In this document: piece by piece, positions 35,927 through 45,826 of the stretch | How positions within the stretch are numbered: the stretch's first letter is position 1 | How the letters are laid out: every line of letters starts with the position of its first letter | NCBI GenBank assembly: GCA_965602015.1 | Contig: OZ271918.1 | Coordinates: forward strand, 3,616,001-3,680,000 | Reading direction: 5' to 3' | DNA from: Salinispira sp. | Lineage (GTDB): Bacteria > Spirochaetota > Spirochaetia > DSM-27196 > Salinispiraceae | DNA length: 64,000 nt | Position numbers and translations under genes: made by a program | Notes under the pieces: generated by a model | Databases searched by the model: none | What the model was told of the DNA's origin: nothing | Seen by the model: the letters and a program-made list of their open reading frames with translations, nothing else

Positions 35927-36646
35927 TCACCGGACATCGGCAAGAATTATCATGAACCCATAGTACAACAACAGAATTCCCAGCAGAAAAACGAACAGGA
36001 TCCTGCGTTGAGATGGATCCGATTTCTTCCATCGGGATCCCATGCGGATCAGCACCAGGGTATCGGATATGCTTAATGTTGCTGCGGCATACCCCGCCGG
36101 GCTTCCGCCGCTTAGTATATTTACTAACGCTCCGCTTAATAACACCCACACGCTGACCGCATACAACCTAATCTGAGCGGCTTTCCCGGCATCCGGTCGT
36201 CCGTTATGCAGGAGCAGTGAGACGACAGTATAAATAATGACAAGGGCTGCGGCGGCTGAAGCTGGAAGCTTCCACATTTCCCCTTCGAAAAAGGCGTGAG
36301 AACGAAAAACCAACAATCCGCCGAGGAAGATGTTCACCAGGAGGAATATGCCGCCGGCGATGTTCACAGCCAATATACTCAGTTTGCCGGGCTGAGCTTT
36401 CCGTTCCTCCACAACCGTTGAACCTTCGATTCCGATTTCGCCCATGCCCATTGCAAGGAATATTGCGCCGGGTACCAGCGTCAAGCCGCCCTGCTCAGCC
36501 ATGCTGAATATCAGCCCCCAAAAAAGCAATAGGGGAGTGCTGACCCGCTTTGCAGTATAGAAGATGCTGCTGCTGTCGTGAAAAAAATAGGCAATTTGAA
36601 TCATCAGGTTGGCCGCCATTAACGTTATCCAAACTATCATTATCAT
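35927..36646 (-). CDS. Polytopic membrane protein
   Basis: Multiple hydrophobic segments. Confidence 0.75.
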   Translation of the reverse strand: MIMIVWITLMAANLMIQIAYFFHDSSSIFYTAKRVSTPLLLFWGLIFSMAEQGGLTLVPGAIFLAMGMGEIGIEGSTVVEERKAQPGKLSILAVNIAGGIFLLVNIFLGGLLVFRSHAFFEGEMWKLPASAAAALVIIYTVVSLLLHNGRPDAGKAAQIRLYAVSVWVLLSGALVNILSGGSPAGYAAATLSISDTLVLIRMGSRWKKSDPSQRRILFVFLLGILLLYYGFMIILADVR

Positions 36647-36759
36647 GCGGTCCTCTCTCAGCCATGGAGCTTCGAATTATCCCTGGTCAATCAAAGTATA
36701 AAAAAAGCGCGGCCGGTAATTCTACCGGACCGCGCTTCATGCTTCTGTAAAATGACTGC

Positions 36760-37305
36760 TTAGAAAATGAAGGAGAGATTTACCGAAGCGAACAATTTGA
36801 TGTTTGCGATGAGTCCGGCGAGCATGCCGAAAGCGTCACCTATATCATCACCGGTGGACTCGGAGACATAATTGGTGTACAGCAGTTCGCCGTTGGCTCC
36901 GAGAATCATTGATTCACTGAAAGGAATGAGATCAATATTCAATCCCAGACCAAAGGTATTGAAAAAACCGGCCGGGTTTGCAGCCACCTGGGTCAGCGGA
37001 TTAGAGGCTTCGCTCAGGTCCACGGTGGTTCCAGCCATTAGGTAGAAATCCTTTCCGAGGGTAAGGGTAACCGGCAGGGATGCGTTCTGGTACCAGGTGT
37101 CATAGTTGACAGCAGTCCATGCGCCGAGGTGGATACCGATGCCGAGCAGGTTGTACTGAATGTGCGCTCCGATTGCTCCGCCCCTCAGGGCATTTTCGCT
37201 GCCCAGGGTCAGACCGGCAAAGGGCTTTATCCGAAGGTCGCCTTCGGCGCTTACCGCTGATACGGTAATTAATGCGATGATAATAAGTATCACAATCTTT
37301 TTCAT
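36760..37305 (-). CDS. Secreted protein, possible outer-membrane beta-barrel
   Basis: Signal peptide, alternating beta pattern, C-terminal Phe. Confidence 0.65.
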   Translation of the reverse strand: MKKIVILIIIALITVSAVSAEGDLRIKPFAGLTLGSENALRGGAIGAHIQYNLLGIGIHLGAWTAVNYDTWYQNASLPVTLTLGKDFYLMAGTTVDLSEASNPLTQVAANPAGFFNTFGLGLNIDLIPFSESMILGANGELLYTNYVSESTGDDIGDAFGMLAGLIANIKLFASVNLSFIF

Positions 37306-37448
37306 CGTGACTCCTAATGGTTTTGGTTCCCGGATGGTATGTCGAAAAATGTGCTTTGTCAATTACATCCAATGATAAAAAAACGCCGCCCGGAACCCGG
37401 ACGGCGCAAAAATACTCGGCGGTTGTACCAGAACTCGCCAAAACACAC

Positions 37449-37868
37449 TTAGTTGATTTTGATGCTCCGGGGTTTTGCTTCTTCGGATTTGTGAAGGTTC
37501 AGGGTCAGAAGGCCGTTGGTAAAGTTGGCTTCAATCCTGTCCTGGTCGACATCCCGGGGCAGACCGAAACTTCGGCTGTACTGAACATTTCTCCGCTCAC
37601 GAAGCAGATAGCGGCTTCCTTCTTTCTCGGCTTCGGCTTCGCTTTTAGCATCGATCTTGAGCCGACCATCTTCCAGGGTGACGTTGATGTCATTTTCAGC
37701 AACGCCGGGCATTTCCGCCTGAAGCACGTAGCGGTCTTCCTCTTCACGCACGTCCACCGAGGGGCGACGCACTCCGGTCATTTCCATACCTTCGAGCATA
37801 CTGTCGAAGATGCTGTCAACCTGATTCATCAGGTTCCGTCCATTGCGGTATCGCATTACTGTATTCAT
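37449..37868 (-). CDS. Hsp20/alpha-crystallin small heat-shock protein
   Basis: PSVDVRE, AEMPGV, RSFGLP, ANFTNGLL. Confidence 0.95.
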   Translation of the reverse strand: MNTVMRYRNGRNLMNQVDSIFDSMLEGMEMTGVRRPSVDVREEEDRYVLQAEMPGVAENDINVTLEDGRLKIDAKSEAEAEKEGSRYLLRERRNVQYSRSFGLPRDVDQDRIEANFTNGLLTLNLHKSEEAKPRSIKIN

Positions 37869-37906
37869 TTTCTACCTCCAAGGTATTTTGTTACTTGTCA
37901 TCTAAT

Positions 37907-37924
37907 AAGCATTTTTCGTGCCAA
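37907..37924 (-). promoter_or_regulatory. Sigma-54 (-24/-12) promoter of hsp20
   Basis: TTGGCACGAAAAATGCTT, GG-N10-GC. Confidence 0.7.
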
Positions 37925-38234
37925 GTCAGATTTTTTTTCGCGTTCGCGATTAAGATATTTGTAAGTCGTTGCTGCGTATGGAATTAAAATGCTTATTGAG
38001 GGTTTCTATATTGTGCTGCCGATTAGGATTTTGTAAATATGCTGCGGTTGTTTGCTGATACTGCGCATTTTTGCTCCCCTCGAAGTATATACAAGAAAAA
38101 TAGGGTCAAAATTACTCAGTGGGTCAAAATACCACTATAAATCCTGGGTCGGAGGGAAACAAAAAAACCGTCCGAAATCATCCGGACGGTTCCCGTGCTG
38201 GCATAATGCGGGCTATGACGCCCGCCGGTTGGCT

Positions 38235-38360
38235 TTAGTACTCGTCGTGGTGACGATTCTTCCGGTCTTTTAGATAGTTTGCAACCTTGTGAAGGCCGTC
38301 CTCAATCTGAGGCTTGAAGAAAAAACCCACGCCGATTCCGATAATTACTCCAAACAACAT
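38235..38360 (-). CDS. 41-aa single-TM micro-protein (not in ORF track)
   Basis: GGAGG RBS; MLFGVIIGIGVGFFFKPQIEDGLHKVANYLKDRKNRHHDEY*. Confidence 0.7.
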   Translation of the reverse strand: MLFGVIIGIGVGFFFKPQIEDGLHKVANYLKDRKNRHHDEY

Positions 38361-38373
38361 ATGATCCTCCTGG

Positions 38374-38916
38374 TTATGCGTCTTTTATCTTGGACTTGGA
38401 CTCGGAGGCCTTCGTTTTCTCAGCCTTGATATCCACTTTCACACCCTCTTCTTCCTGTACATCATCCCTCGGGGGGATGGTCACAGTAAGGATGGAATTT
38501 CGCAGAACGGCCTCTACCTTGTCCTGATGGTACTTGTCGGCCGGCACAAAATAGCGCTGGTCTTTCACGCTTTTGAGCTTAAGCCGGCGCTTGAAGTACC
38601 GAACGGTTTCCTCCGGCTCGAAGTCAGTAGGTGCTTCCGCAGAAAAAATCAGGTAGTCGCCCTTGAATTCAAGGTTGACGTCTGCTTCTGAAAATCCCGC
38701 CAGGGCGAACTGTAGAACCATGGTTTTGTTTTCCATCATGTAGACATTTACCGGTGGATAGGAATATGAGGGGTAATAATCCCTTTGGTCGGACCAGACA
38801 AAACTCCGCTTGCCGAAGTCATGGAATTCGCTGGTGAAGGCGTTCTTGAAATCCTCGGCGGCGCCGAAAATTTCATCCAGGAGTTCCCGGATGTCGGGAA
38901 AATCGTGTTTCTTCAT
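38374..38916 (-). CDS. Hsp20-family protein
   Basis: YPPVNVY, FALAGF, AVLRNSILTVTIP. Confidence 0.85.
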   Translation of the reverse strand: MKKHDFPDIRELLDEIFGAAEDFKNAFTSEFHDFGKRSFVWSDQRDYYPSYSYPPVNVYMMENKTMVLQFALAGFSEADVNLEFKGDYLIFSAEAPTDFEPEETVRYFKRRLKLKSVKDQRYFVPADKYHQDKVEAVLRNSILTVTIPPRDDVQEEEGVKVDIKAEKTKASESKSKIKDA

Positions 38917-39141
38917 AGCTTTTCTCCTTCGAGAGCCTCTCTGCGCTCTCGGGTGCCCGCGTAGTGCGCGGCATTAGGTTCTGTCGCCGGCTTTCGCCCT
39001 GCGACACGTTTGGCGCTGTGCACCAATCTCTTGCGTACCAGCACAGTCTGTCCCCGGTCAGCAACCGCGGGACCTGTATAATCTATTAAATAAAACACGG
39101 CACGGGTAGCAAAATGTCACCTGCTGATATAAGGTTTTTCC

Positions 39142-39981
39142 ATGGGAAAAACCGTCATTTACTTCGCTGAAATCGTGACTAAAACCGGAATTTACTGTGT
39201 CAAAACCCAGTTAAAGTCCTTGGTAAAGGAGTTCGGTGCCGACATGATCATCGCCAACGGCGACGGGGCAACCGGCGGATTCGGCATCGGCAAAACCCAT
39301 TCAATCTACCTCCGAAAACTGGGGGTGGATGTCATTACCTCCGGAGATCAGGTGTTCTACAAGAAAGATATCCAGGAACATCTGCCCAAGGCTTATCACT
39401 TACTCAGGCCCGCCAACTTTCCCCAGGGCAATCCGGGTCGAGGCTGGCGGACCTACACCTTCGGCGGAAAGAGTGATGATAAACCGGCCCGCAGCGACCA
39501 GGCGGTGGTGATCAGCCTGCTCGGACAGTCGGGGCTGAACCGAATTCATCCGACGAATCCATACAGTTTTCTTCCCAGCATTGTTGAGAGAGCCAAAAAA
39601 GACGCCGACATTATTATCCTCGATTTTCATGCGCCGATTACCGCCGAAAAAGCCGCGATGAACCTCTATGCCGACGGTATGGTATCAGCTGTAATCGGAT
39701 CCGGAATGCGAACCCAGACCTCCGACGCTCAAATTCTACCCAAAGGCACGGCAATTATTTCAGACGCGGGAAGAACCGGCAGCATCCAGTCCGTGGGCGG
39801 TTTCGAGCCCGAGATCGAGATACAGCAGAAAATCCTCGGGGTTCCGAATCGAAGCAACGAACACTGGGAGGGGCTGGAAATCCAGGGAGTTGTAATTCGC
39901 TTTGAGGATGACGGCAAGGCCAGCGAAATTATTCCCTTCCGCCGACCGGTGGAGACCCCCGAGCAGGGTCGGGGCGAGTAA
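39142..39981 (+). CDS. ymdB: YmdB-family metallophosphoesterase-like protein (degenerate active site)
   Basis: IANG..A.GGFG, LRPANFP, DFHA...EK, SDAGRTG. Confidence 0.85.
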   Translation: MGKTVIYFAEIVTKTGIYCVKTQLKSLVKEFGADMIIANGDGATGGFGIGKTHSIYLRKLGVDVITSGDQVFYKKDIQEHLPKAYHLLRPANFPQGNPGRGWRTYTFGGKSDDKPARSDQAVVISLLGQSGLNRIHPTNPYSFLPSIVERAKKDADIIILDFHAPITAEKAAMNLYADGMVSAVIGSGMRTQTSDAQILPKGTAIISDAGRTGSIQSVGGFEPEIEIQQKILGVPNRSNEHWEGLEIQGVVIRFEDDGKASEIIPFRRPVETPEQGRGE

Positions 39982-39988
39982 CAAGCCC

Positions 39989-40714
39989 TCAGTGCACCCT
40001 GGTCAGTCGCAGGCGTGAATAGCCGTAGGTTTCCTGAAATAACCGGGAAATACCTTCCATTTCCCTGCCCAAGTCGACGGATTTGCCGTTTATGACAGTT
40101 TGCAGGGCTTCAAGACCTAAAAGGGATTCCACCGAGCACACTCCCCGGTCCCGAATTCCGCAGGGCACTATGGCATCGAACTCGCTCAGATCGGTGTGTA
40201 TATTCAGGGCGAAACCGTGCATTGTCGTTTTCTCATGGATGGAGATGCCCAGGGCGGCAATTTTTTTTTCTCCCACCCAGACTCCCGGGTGCTTGGGATC
40301 TCTGGCAGAATCGATGGAAAATCTGGAAGATAAGTAGTCTATAACTACCTGCTCGAGAAGATGGACGAATTTCCTGATTGATCTCGCCCGGTCTCCCAGG
40401 TTGCTTATTATATAGAGAACAATCTGCCCCGGACCGTGATAGGTAATCTGACCGCCCCGGTCTATTTCCGCTACTTCCGCGCCCCTCTCCATAAGCAGGT
40501 CCCGGGAAATGAGAAAATCTCCCTCTTCGCCACGCTTGCCCAGGGTATACACCGGGGTATGCTCCAGGAGAATCAACTGATCCGGAATTTCTGAGGCTGC
40601 GACTTCCCGATGAAGTTCCCTTTGAAGAGCATACCCGTCCGCATAGGCGACGGGGTTTTCGAAGAGCGAAGCCTCTATGATTCTCTCTTCGGTAAAAAAA
40701 GCGGAACTGTGCAT
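39989..40714 (-). CDS. lipB: Octanoyltransferase LipB
   Basis: EHTPVYTLG, DRGGQITYHGPGQ, KIAALG, HGFALN, VPCG. Confidence 0.95.
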   Translation of the reverse strand: MHSSAFFTEERIIEASLFENPVAYADGYALQRELHREVAASEIPDQLILLEHTPVYTLGKRGEEGDFLISRDLLMERGAEVAEIDRGGQITYHGPGQIVLYIISNLGDRARSIRKFVHLLEQVVIDYLSSRFSIDSARDPKHPGVWVGEKKIAALGISIHEKTTMHGFALNIHTDLSEFDAIVPCGIRDRGVCSVESLLGLEALQTVINGKSVDLGREMEGISRLFQETYGYSRLRLTRVH

Positions 40715-41884
40715 CTACCTGAGTTTCCGGGCGATTTCGGATATTTCTGTGGCCATGCGTTCCAGATTCACCTGGTGGCTGATGTGTCCGTATTCCCAGG
40801 CAACCCGGGGCATTCCGTAGACCACGGAGCTGTCGGAGTCCTGACCGAGTGTTACACCCCCGGCTATGAAAATGTCGCCGATGTGGTGGGCTCCATCCTT
40901 GCCCATACCTGTCATGATGACCCCCATGGCCCGATTGCCGAAATTCTCCGCGACGGATTTGAAAAGCACGTCTGCCGAAGGGCGGTGACCGTTCATTGGA
41001 GGATCCTGGTTGAGCCGGAGAATGGTTGCGAGTTTGCGCTTTTCAACGGTGATGTGATGGTCTCCCGGTGCGATGAGTACTCTGCCGGGCTTTATGAGGT
41101 CCCCGTCGGCGGCTTCCTTCACTTCGAGGGGGCAGATCCGGTCCAGGCTTCGGGCGAACTCCATGGTGAATCCCGCCGGCATGTGTTGAACCACAAGGAC
41201 GGGAACCGGAAGCTCGGGATCGATTTCCGCCAGCATCTGACGGAGGGCATTGGGCCCCCCGGTTGAGATGCCGATGGCGATAATCTCCAGGGTGCCCGGA
41301 GCTGATTTTGGCACGGGTTTTTCCGCCGGCGCTCCCGGCGCTTTTGTGCCCGCGGCCGGGGGGGGGTGCAGGGCGGCGCTTTCAATGCTTCTGCTGGTCC
41401 GGCGGTCTTCGCGGATTTCTTCCTGTTCCTGCTGTTCTTTCGGAATAGCCGCAGGAAGGCCTTTCCGGTGCCGGTATTTATTCCCGTACAGGCGAATGAG
41501 GCTTATGAGCTGTTCGGCTATGGTTTTTACTTCGTCGGGAGCCGAGCCCTGGGGCTTCATAATAAAGTCCACGGCGCCGTGGGCAAGGGCGTCCATAGTG
41601 ATTTTTGCCCCTTTTTTTGCCACAGCGGACAGCACGATTACCGGCATTTCAAGGAGCTGGTGCTGATATTCCTGAAGGAACTCCACCCCGTTCATCTCGG
41701 GCATTTCGAGATCCAGAACAATGACGTCGGGATTCAGATTGGGAATTTTTGATAAAGCGAATTTGCCGTTCATGGCCTTGCCGGCCAGGGTGAGGTCTTC
41801 GGCGCTTTCCACAATGCGGCCGACGAGATTTCTCATAAGCGCCGAATCATCGACAACCAGTACTGATATCTGCTGAGAACTCAT
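40715..41884 (-). CDS. cheB: Chemotaxis methylesterase CheB
   Basis: Receiver domain + GISTGGP, QHMP, MTGMGKDG. Confidence 0.97.
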   Translation of the reverse strand: MSSQQISVLVVDDSALMRNLVGRIVESAEDLTLAGKAMNGKFALSKIPNLNPDVIVLDLEMPEMNGVEFLQEYQHQLLEMPVIVLSAVAKKGAKITMDALAHGAVDFIMKPQGSAPDEVKTIAEQLISLIRLYGNKYRHRKGLPAAIPKEQQEQEEIREDRRTSRSIESAALHPPPAAGTKAPGAPAEKPVPKSAPGTLEIIAIGISTGGPNALRQMLAEIDPELPVPVLVVQHMPAGFTMEFARSLDRICPLEVKEAADGDLIKPGRVLIAPGDHHITVEKRKLATILRLNQDPPMNGHRPSADVLFKSVAENFGNRAMGVIMTGMGKDGAHHIGDIFIAGGVTLGQDSDSSVVYGMPRVAWEYGHISHQVNLERMATEISEIARKLR

Positions 41885-41897
41885 GACGACCCTCTGT

Positions 41898-42713
41898 TTA
41901 GGTGTTCTTTGAATAAATGCATGCCCAGTCTGTTTTCAAGAACTTGAACTGGGTATCCATGCCGAACAATGATTCGGAATGACCGATGAACAGGAATGAC
42001 TGTGGCGCGAGGCTTTCCCAGAACCGGTCGACGACGGTTTTCTGTGCCGCGGCATCGAAATAAATAAGGACGTTTCGGCAGAACACCACGTCCAGATTAC
42101 GCTGTCCGCTGTCGTTCTGAAGATTGTGATAATCGAATTTTATCAGCTGTTTTATGTCGTCCTTTATGGCGTAGCCGCCCTCCCGGGCGTTGAAGTACTT
42201 CGCCAGATATTTCTCGGGAATGCCGTTGACTCTGTGCTCGGCGTAAAAACCCTCTTTCCCGATCATCAAAGACTTTAGGCTGATATCCGACGCGGTGACG
42301 GCGATACTAAAATCCGGTGGCAGCGTCTCTTTTAACACCATTGCGAGAGTGTAGGGTTCTTCGCCGGTCGAACAGCCTGCGGACCAAACCCGCACTTCCT
42401 TTTGACCCTTTTCCCGTTTCATTTTTATAAGCTCGGGGATGACATAGTACTCGAAGGTTTCGATGTGAGCCTGGTTCCTGAAAAACCTGGTGAGGTTCGT
42501 GGTGACCGAATCCAGGAGTCCCTTGAGTTCGCCTTCGTCGCGAATGATGACTTGATAGTAGCCGTCTACATCATCGGCGCTGGAATTGCGGACCCGTTCC
42601 CGGAGCCGGCTTTCGAGGATGGAGCGATTAGAGCTGGAAAAGGTGATTCCGCTTTCGTCGTAGATGAGTTTCTTATATTTTTCGAACTGAACATCAGTTA
42701 AAAATCCAGACAT
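41898..42713 (-). CDS. cheR: Chemotaxis methyltransferase CheR
   Basis: TTNLTRFFR, WSAGCSTGEEPY, CRNVLIYF, GHSE. Confidence 0.97.
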   Translation of the reverse strand: MSGFLTDVQFEKYKKLIYDESGITFSSSNRSILESRLRERVRNSSADDVDGYYQVIIRDEGELKGLLDSVTTNLTRFFRNQAHIETFEYYVIPELIKMKREKGQKEVRVWSAGCSTGEEPYTLAMVLKETLPPDFSIAVTASDISLKSLMIGKEGFYAEHRVNGIPEKYLAKYFNAREGGYAIKDDIKQLIKFDYHNLQNDSGQRNLDVVFCRNVLIYFDAAAQKTVVDRFWESLAPQSFLFIGHSESLFGMDTQFKFLKTDWACIYSKNT

Positions 42714-42821
42714 GAGGCCTGCTTTCCCGCGTATTTTTTAGGGTAATTAAAGTCTATGACCTGGGGTATGCGGTGTCAAGTTAATTGCACAATCACCGGG
42801 CTTGCGGATGAGTGCCGTTGA

Positions 42822-42850
42822 TTGACAAGGGGAGCCGGGCCGGGAATAAT
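42822..42850 (+). promoter_or_regulatory. Sigma-70 promoter of pyrG operon
   Basis: TTGACA-N17-AATAAT, 8 nt before ATG. Confidence 0.65.
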
Positions 42851-42858
42851 GAAATTCC

Positions 42859-44460
42859 ATGAGGAAATACATATTTGTCACTGGGGGCGTGTGCTCAAGC
42901 CTTGGGAAAGGTATAGCCGCCTCGAGTTTAGGAACCCTCCTGGAATCCCGGGGACTTGTCGTTCGGATGGTAAAAATAGATCCATACATCAATGTGGATG
43001 CCGGTACCATGAGCCCCTATCAGCATGGCGAGGTATACGTTACCGACGACGGTGCGGAGACCGACCTCGATCTGGGTAATTACGCCCGGTTTACAAAATC
43101 AACCCTTTCAAAATTGAACTCCATCACTACCGGGCAAATTTATCAGGAAGTGATACAGCGCGAACGCGAAGGCCGCTACCTCGGCCGAACCGTTCAGGTA
43201 ATTCCTCATATCACCGACCGCATCAAACAGCGCATCGTCGCATTCGGCGAGGAGAGCGGCGTCGACGTGACAATCGTGGAAATAGGCGGAACCGTCGGCG
43301 ACATCGAATCCATCCCCTTTCTCGAAGCCGCGCGGCAAATGATTCACGAACACGGCAGGGAAAACGTTATTTCCGTCCATGTGACCCTTATTCCCGAAGT
43401 CGCCGGCGGCGAGCAAAAAACCAAACCCACCCAGCATGCGGTGAACAAAATGCGGGAAATCGGGGTGCAGCCCGACGTGCTGCTCTGCCGCTCGCCCAAC
43501 GAGGTGGATGAGGATATGCGCCGCAAGATCGCCCTGTTCACCAACGTCCCGGTCAAAGCGGTCATTTCTGCACACGACGTTGTTTCGAGCATCTATGAAA
43601 TCCCCTTGATGTATCAGGCTCAAGGACTGGACGCCAGGGTTCTCGAGCGGCTGGAAATTGATGCCGCCGAGTCAGATATGAGCCGCTGGCAGGCCATCGT
43701 CGATGTCATTCTCGGCAGCAAAAAAACCGTAAAAATCGGAATGGTCGGCAAGTACATCGAACTCGGCGACGCCTATAAATCCGTTGACGAAGCCTTGTTT
43801 CACGGAGGCATCGCCAACGCGGTGAATGTGGATATTGTAAAAATCGACAGCGAAAAACTCGAAAAAATGGAGCATCCCGAAGATGCCTTACAAGAACTCG
43901 ACGGCATTCTCGTACCCGGCGGATTCGGGAGCCGGGGGGTAAACGGCATGGTTTTGGCCGCCCGCTACGCCCGGGAGAACAAGCTTCCGTATTTCGGAAT
44001 TTGCCTGGGTATGCAGGTTCTGGTGATAGAGTACGCCCGGAGCGTATTGGGTTTTGAGGACGCGAACAGTACGGAATTCGCCCCGGAAAGCGATCATCCG
44101 GTAATCAGCCTCTTGGAAGAACAGGTCGACGTAAAAAACTACGGCGGAACCATGAGGCTCGGCTTGAGCGAATCGCGGCTGGTCGAGGGTAGCCGGATCA
44201 GGGAAATATACAAAAACGAGAGCATCAAAGAGCGCCATCGTCACCGATATGAGGTTAATAACCGTTACCGTCCGGAGCTGCAGGAGGCCGGTTTGCGCTT
44301 CGGCGGAACCACTCCCGACGGTGAGCTGGTGGAGTCCAGCGAGTGGAACGACCACCCCTGGGGACTTGGAGTTCAGTATCATCCTGAGTTCCTTTCCAAC
44401 CCGCTGGACGCCCATCCCCTTTTTGCCAGCTTCATCGCTGCCGCGGCTCGACGGACCTAG
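42859..44460 (+). CDS. pyrG: CTP synthase
   Basis: YIFVTGGV.SSLGKG, KTKPTQ, GICLGMQ, ERHRHRYE, HPE. Confidence 0.99.
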   Translation: MRKYIFVTGGVCSSLGKGIAASSLGTLLESRGLVVRMVKIDPYINVDAGTMSPYQHGEVYVTDDGAETDLDLGNYARFTKSTLSKLNSITTGQIYQEVIQREREGRYLGRTVQVIPHITDRIKQRIVAFGEESGVDVTIVEIGGTVGDIESIPFLEAARQMIHEHGRENVISVHVTLIPEVAGGEQKTKPTQHAVNKMREIGVQPDVLLCRSPNEVDEDMRRKIALFTNVPVKAVISAHDVVSSIYEIPLMYQAQGLDARVLERLEIDAAESDMSRWQAIVDVILGSKKTVKIGMVGKYIELGDAYKSVDEALFHGGIANAVNVDIVKIDSEKLEKMEHPEDALQELDGILVPGGFGSRGVNGMVLAARYARENKLPYFGICLGMQVLVIEYARSVLGFEDANSTEFAPESDHPVISLLEEQVDVKNYGGTMRLGLSESRLVEGSRIREIYKNESIKERHRHRYEVNNRYRPELQEAGLRFGGTTPDGELVESSEWNDHPWGLGVQYHPEFLSNPLDAHPLFASFIAAAARRT

Positions 44461-44466
44461 CGCCCG

Positions 44467-45030
44467 GTGCGTCCTCTCACCGTCCTCCTGTGGACCATGC
44501 TGCTCTGCATCGTCTTTGTTTCCTGCAGCTTCGAGTACGACGACATGGTGCTCAGTGAAGAGGAGAAACAGCTGATCCCCGATGTGCTACTGCGCAACCT
44601 TTCCGAGCGGGTGTATCAGGATGGCGACCGGATTCTTGAGCTCAGGTCCCGGGAACTTATGACTTTCGAAGGCCGCAACCTCCAGGAGATTCGCGGTTTG
44701 GATTTCAGTCAGTATGACGACGAAGGGGAGCTGTATGTCAGCGGCCGTGCGGAGTTCGCATCCCGGGACATTGTCAGCGACGACATTCTCCTTCAAGGGG
44801 ACATCCAAATCCGGCTGGAAGAATCCGGCGCCCTTATCGGAGGCGAGGAGTTTCTCTTCAGTCCCGATCAGGATCTCATCTGGGCGCCGGCGGACATTGT
44901 CGTCGATGTTATTCAGGAGGATGGCAGCGTCATAAGCGGCCGGGGCTTCGTCATCGACCTCGTGGTTCAGGAACTGCGCTTTGACAGGGGAGCCACCGGT
45001 AGATTTATGGAGAGCGAAAGTGACGAGTAA
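44467..45030 (+). CDS. lptC: LptC-like LPS export protein
   Basis: N-terminal anchor/lipobox FVSC, beta-jellyroll pattern, upstream of lptA/lptB. Confidence 0.75.
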   Translation: MRPLTVLLWTMLLCIVFVSCSFEYDDMVLSEEEKQLIPDVLLRNLSERVYQDGDRILELRSRELMTFEGRNLQEIRGLDFSQYDDEGELYVSGRAEFASRDIVSDDILLQGDIQIRLEESGALIGGEEFLFSPDQDLIWAPADIVVDVIQEDGSVISGRGFVIDLVVQELRFDRGATGRFMESESDE

Positions 45031-45826
45031 ATATAGAGAAACCTGGCCGCTGCGGCGCGTATTTCCCCGAATTGCAGCGCTGGTGTTCCTGCTGATCCAG
45101 ACAGGCTTAATGGCCGAAACCCTCGATTTCTCCGCCGGAAGGGTGCGGAGCGTATTTGCCGAGGGCCGGGAGCAGACCGTTCTCGAGGATGGGGCACGGG
45201 TTGAAAGTGAAAGCCTGTTCATCACCGGAGAAACCATCCGGTTCAGCGGTGAAGATAACCGATACATCGACAGCCGGGGAGATGTGTACCTTCTCGACAA
45301 GGACAATGGCGTCGAACTTCGGGCCGAGTTCATGAGCTATGATTCGGAGACCGAAAACCTGGTTCTTGAGGGCGATGCGGAATTCCTCGACCAGGAGGGC
45401 GATATCCGCGTGAGCGCCGCCTTCATTGAGCGTCAACAGGATCTTGTTGTTTTCCAAATAGACGTGCAAATTCTCCGGGAAGATATGGTTGCCCGGGCGG
45501 AATACGTCCGGTATTTTGAAGACAGCGACAAGCTCGAGCTCAGCGGGTTTCCCGTGGTGTTTTACCGGGGCGATGAGTACTCGGCTGATCTTATCTCGAT
45601 TTTCACCGAGACCGATGAGATTATTCTCCAGGGGCAGGTCGAGGGACAGATCTCTGAAGATGAGGACGCTGGAGCCGACGGGTCCGGCGAGGAAAATACT
45701 GCGGCGCCTGTGCAAAGCGAATCGGTAACTGATAGCCCAACACCGGTGAACGGACCGGCGGACGGAGAAACAGAACCCGGTCAACCGGCTGAAACCGGGC
45801 CGGGAAATACGGAGGACGGGCAGTGA
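45020..45826 (+). CDS. lptA: LptA/OstA-like protein
   Basis: Signal peptide, repeated beta-jellyroll pattern, synteny; start uncertain. Confidence 0.75.
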   Translation: MTSKYRETWPLRRVFPRIAALVFLLIQTGLMAETLDFSAGRVRSVFAEGREQTVLEDGARVESESLFITGETIRFSGEDNRYIDSRGDVYLLDKDNGVELRAEFMSYDSETENLVLEGDAEFLDQEGDIRVSAAFIERQQDLVVFQIDVQILREDMVARAEYVRYFEDSDKLELSGFPVVFYRGDEYSADLISIFTETDEIILQGQVEGQISEDEDAGADGSGEENTAAPVQSESVTDSPTPVNGPADGETEPGQPAETGPGNTEDGQ

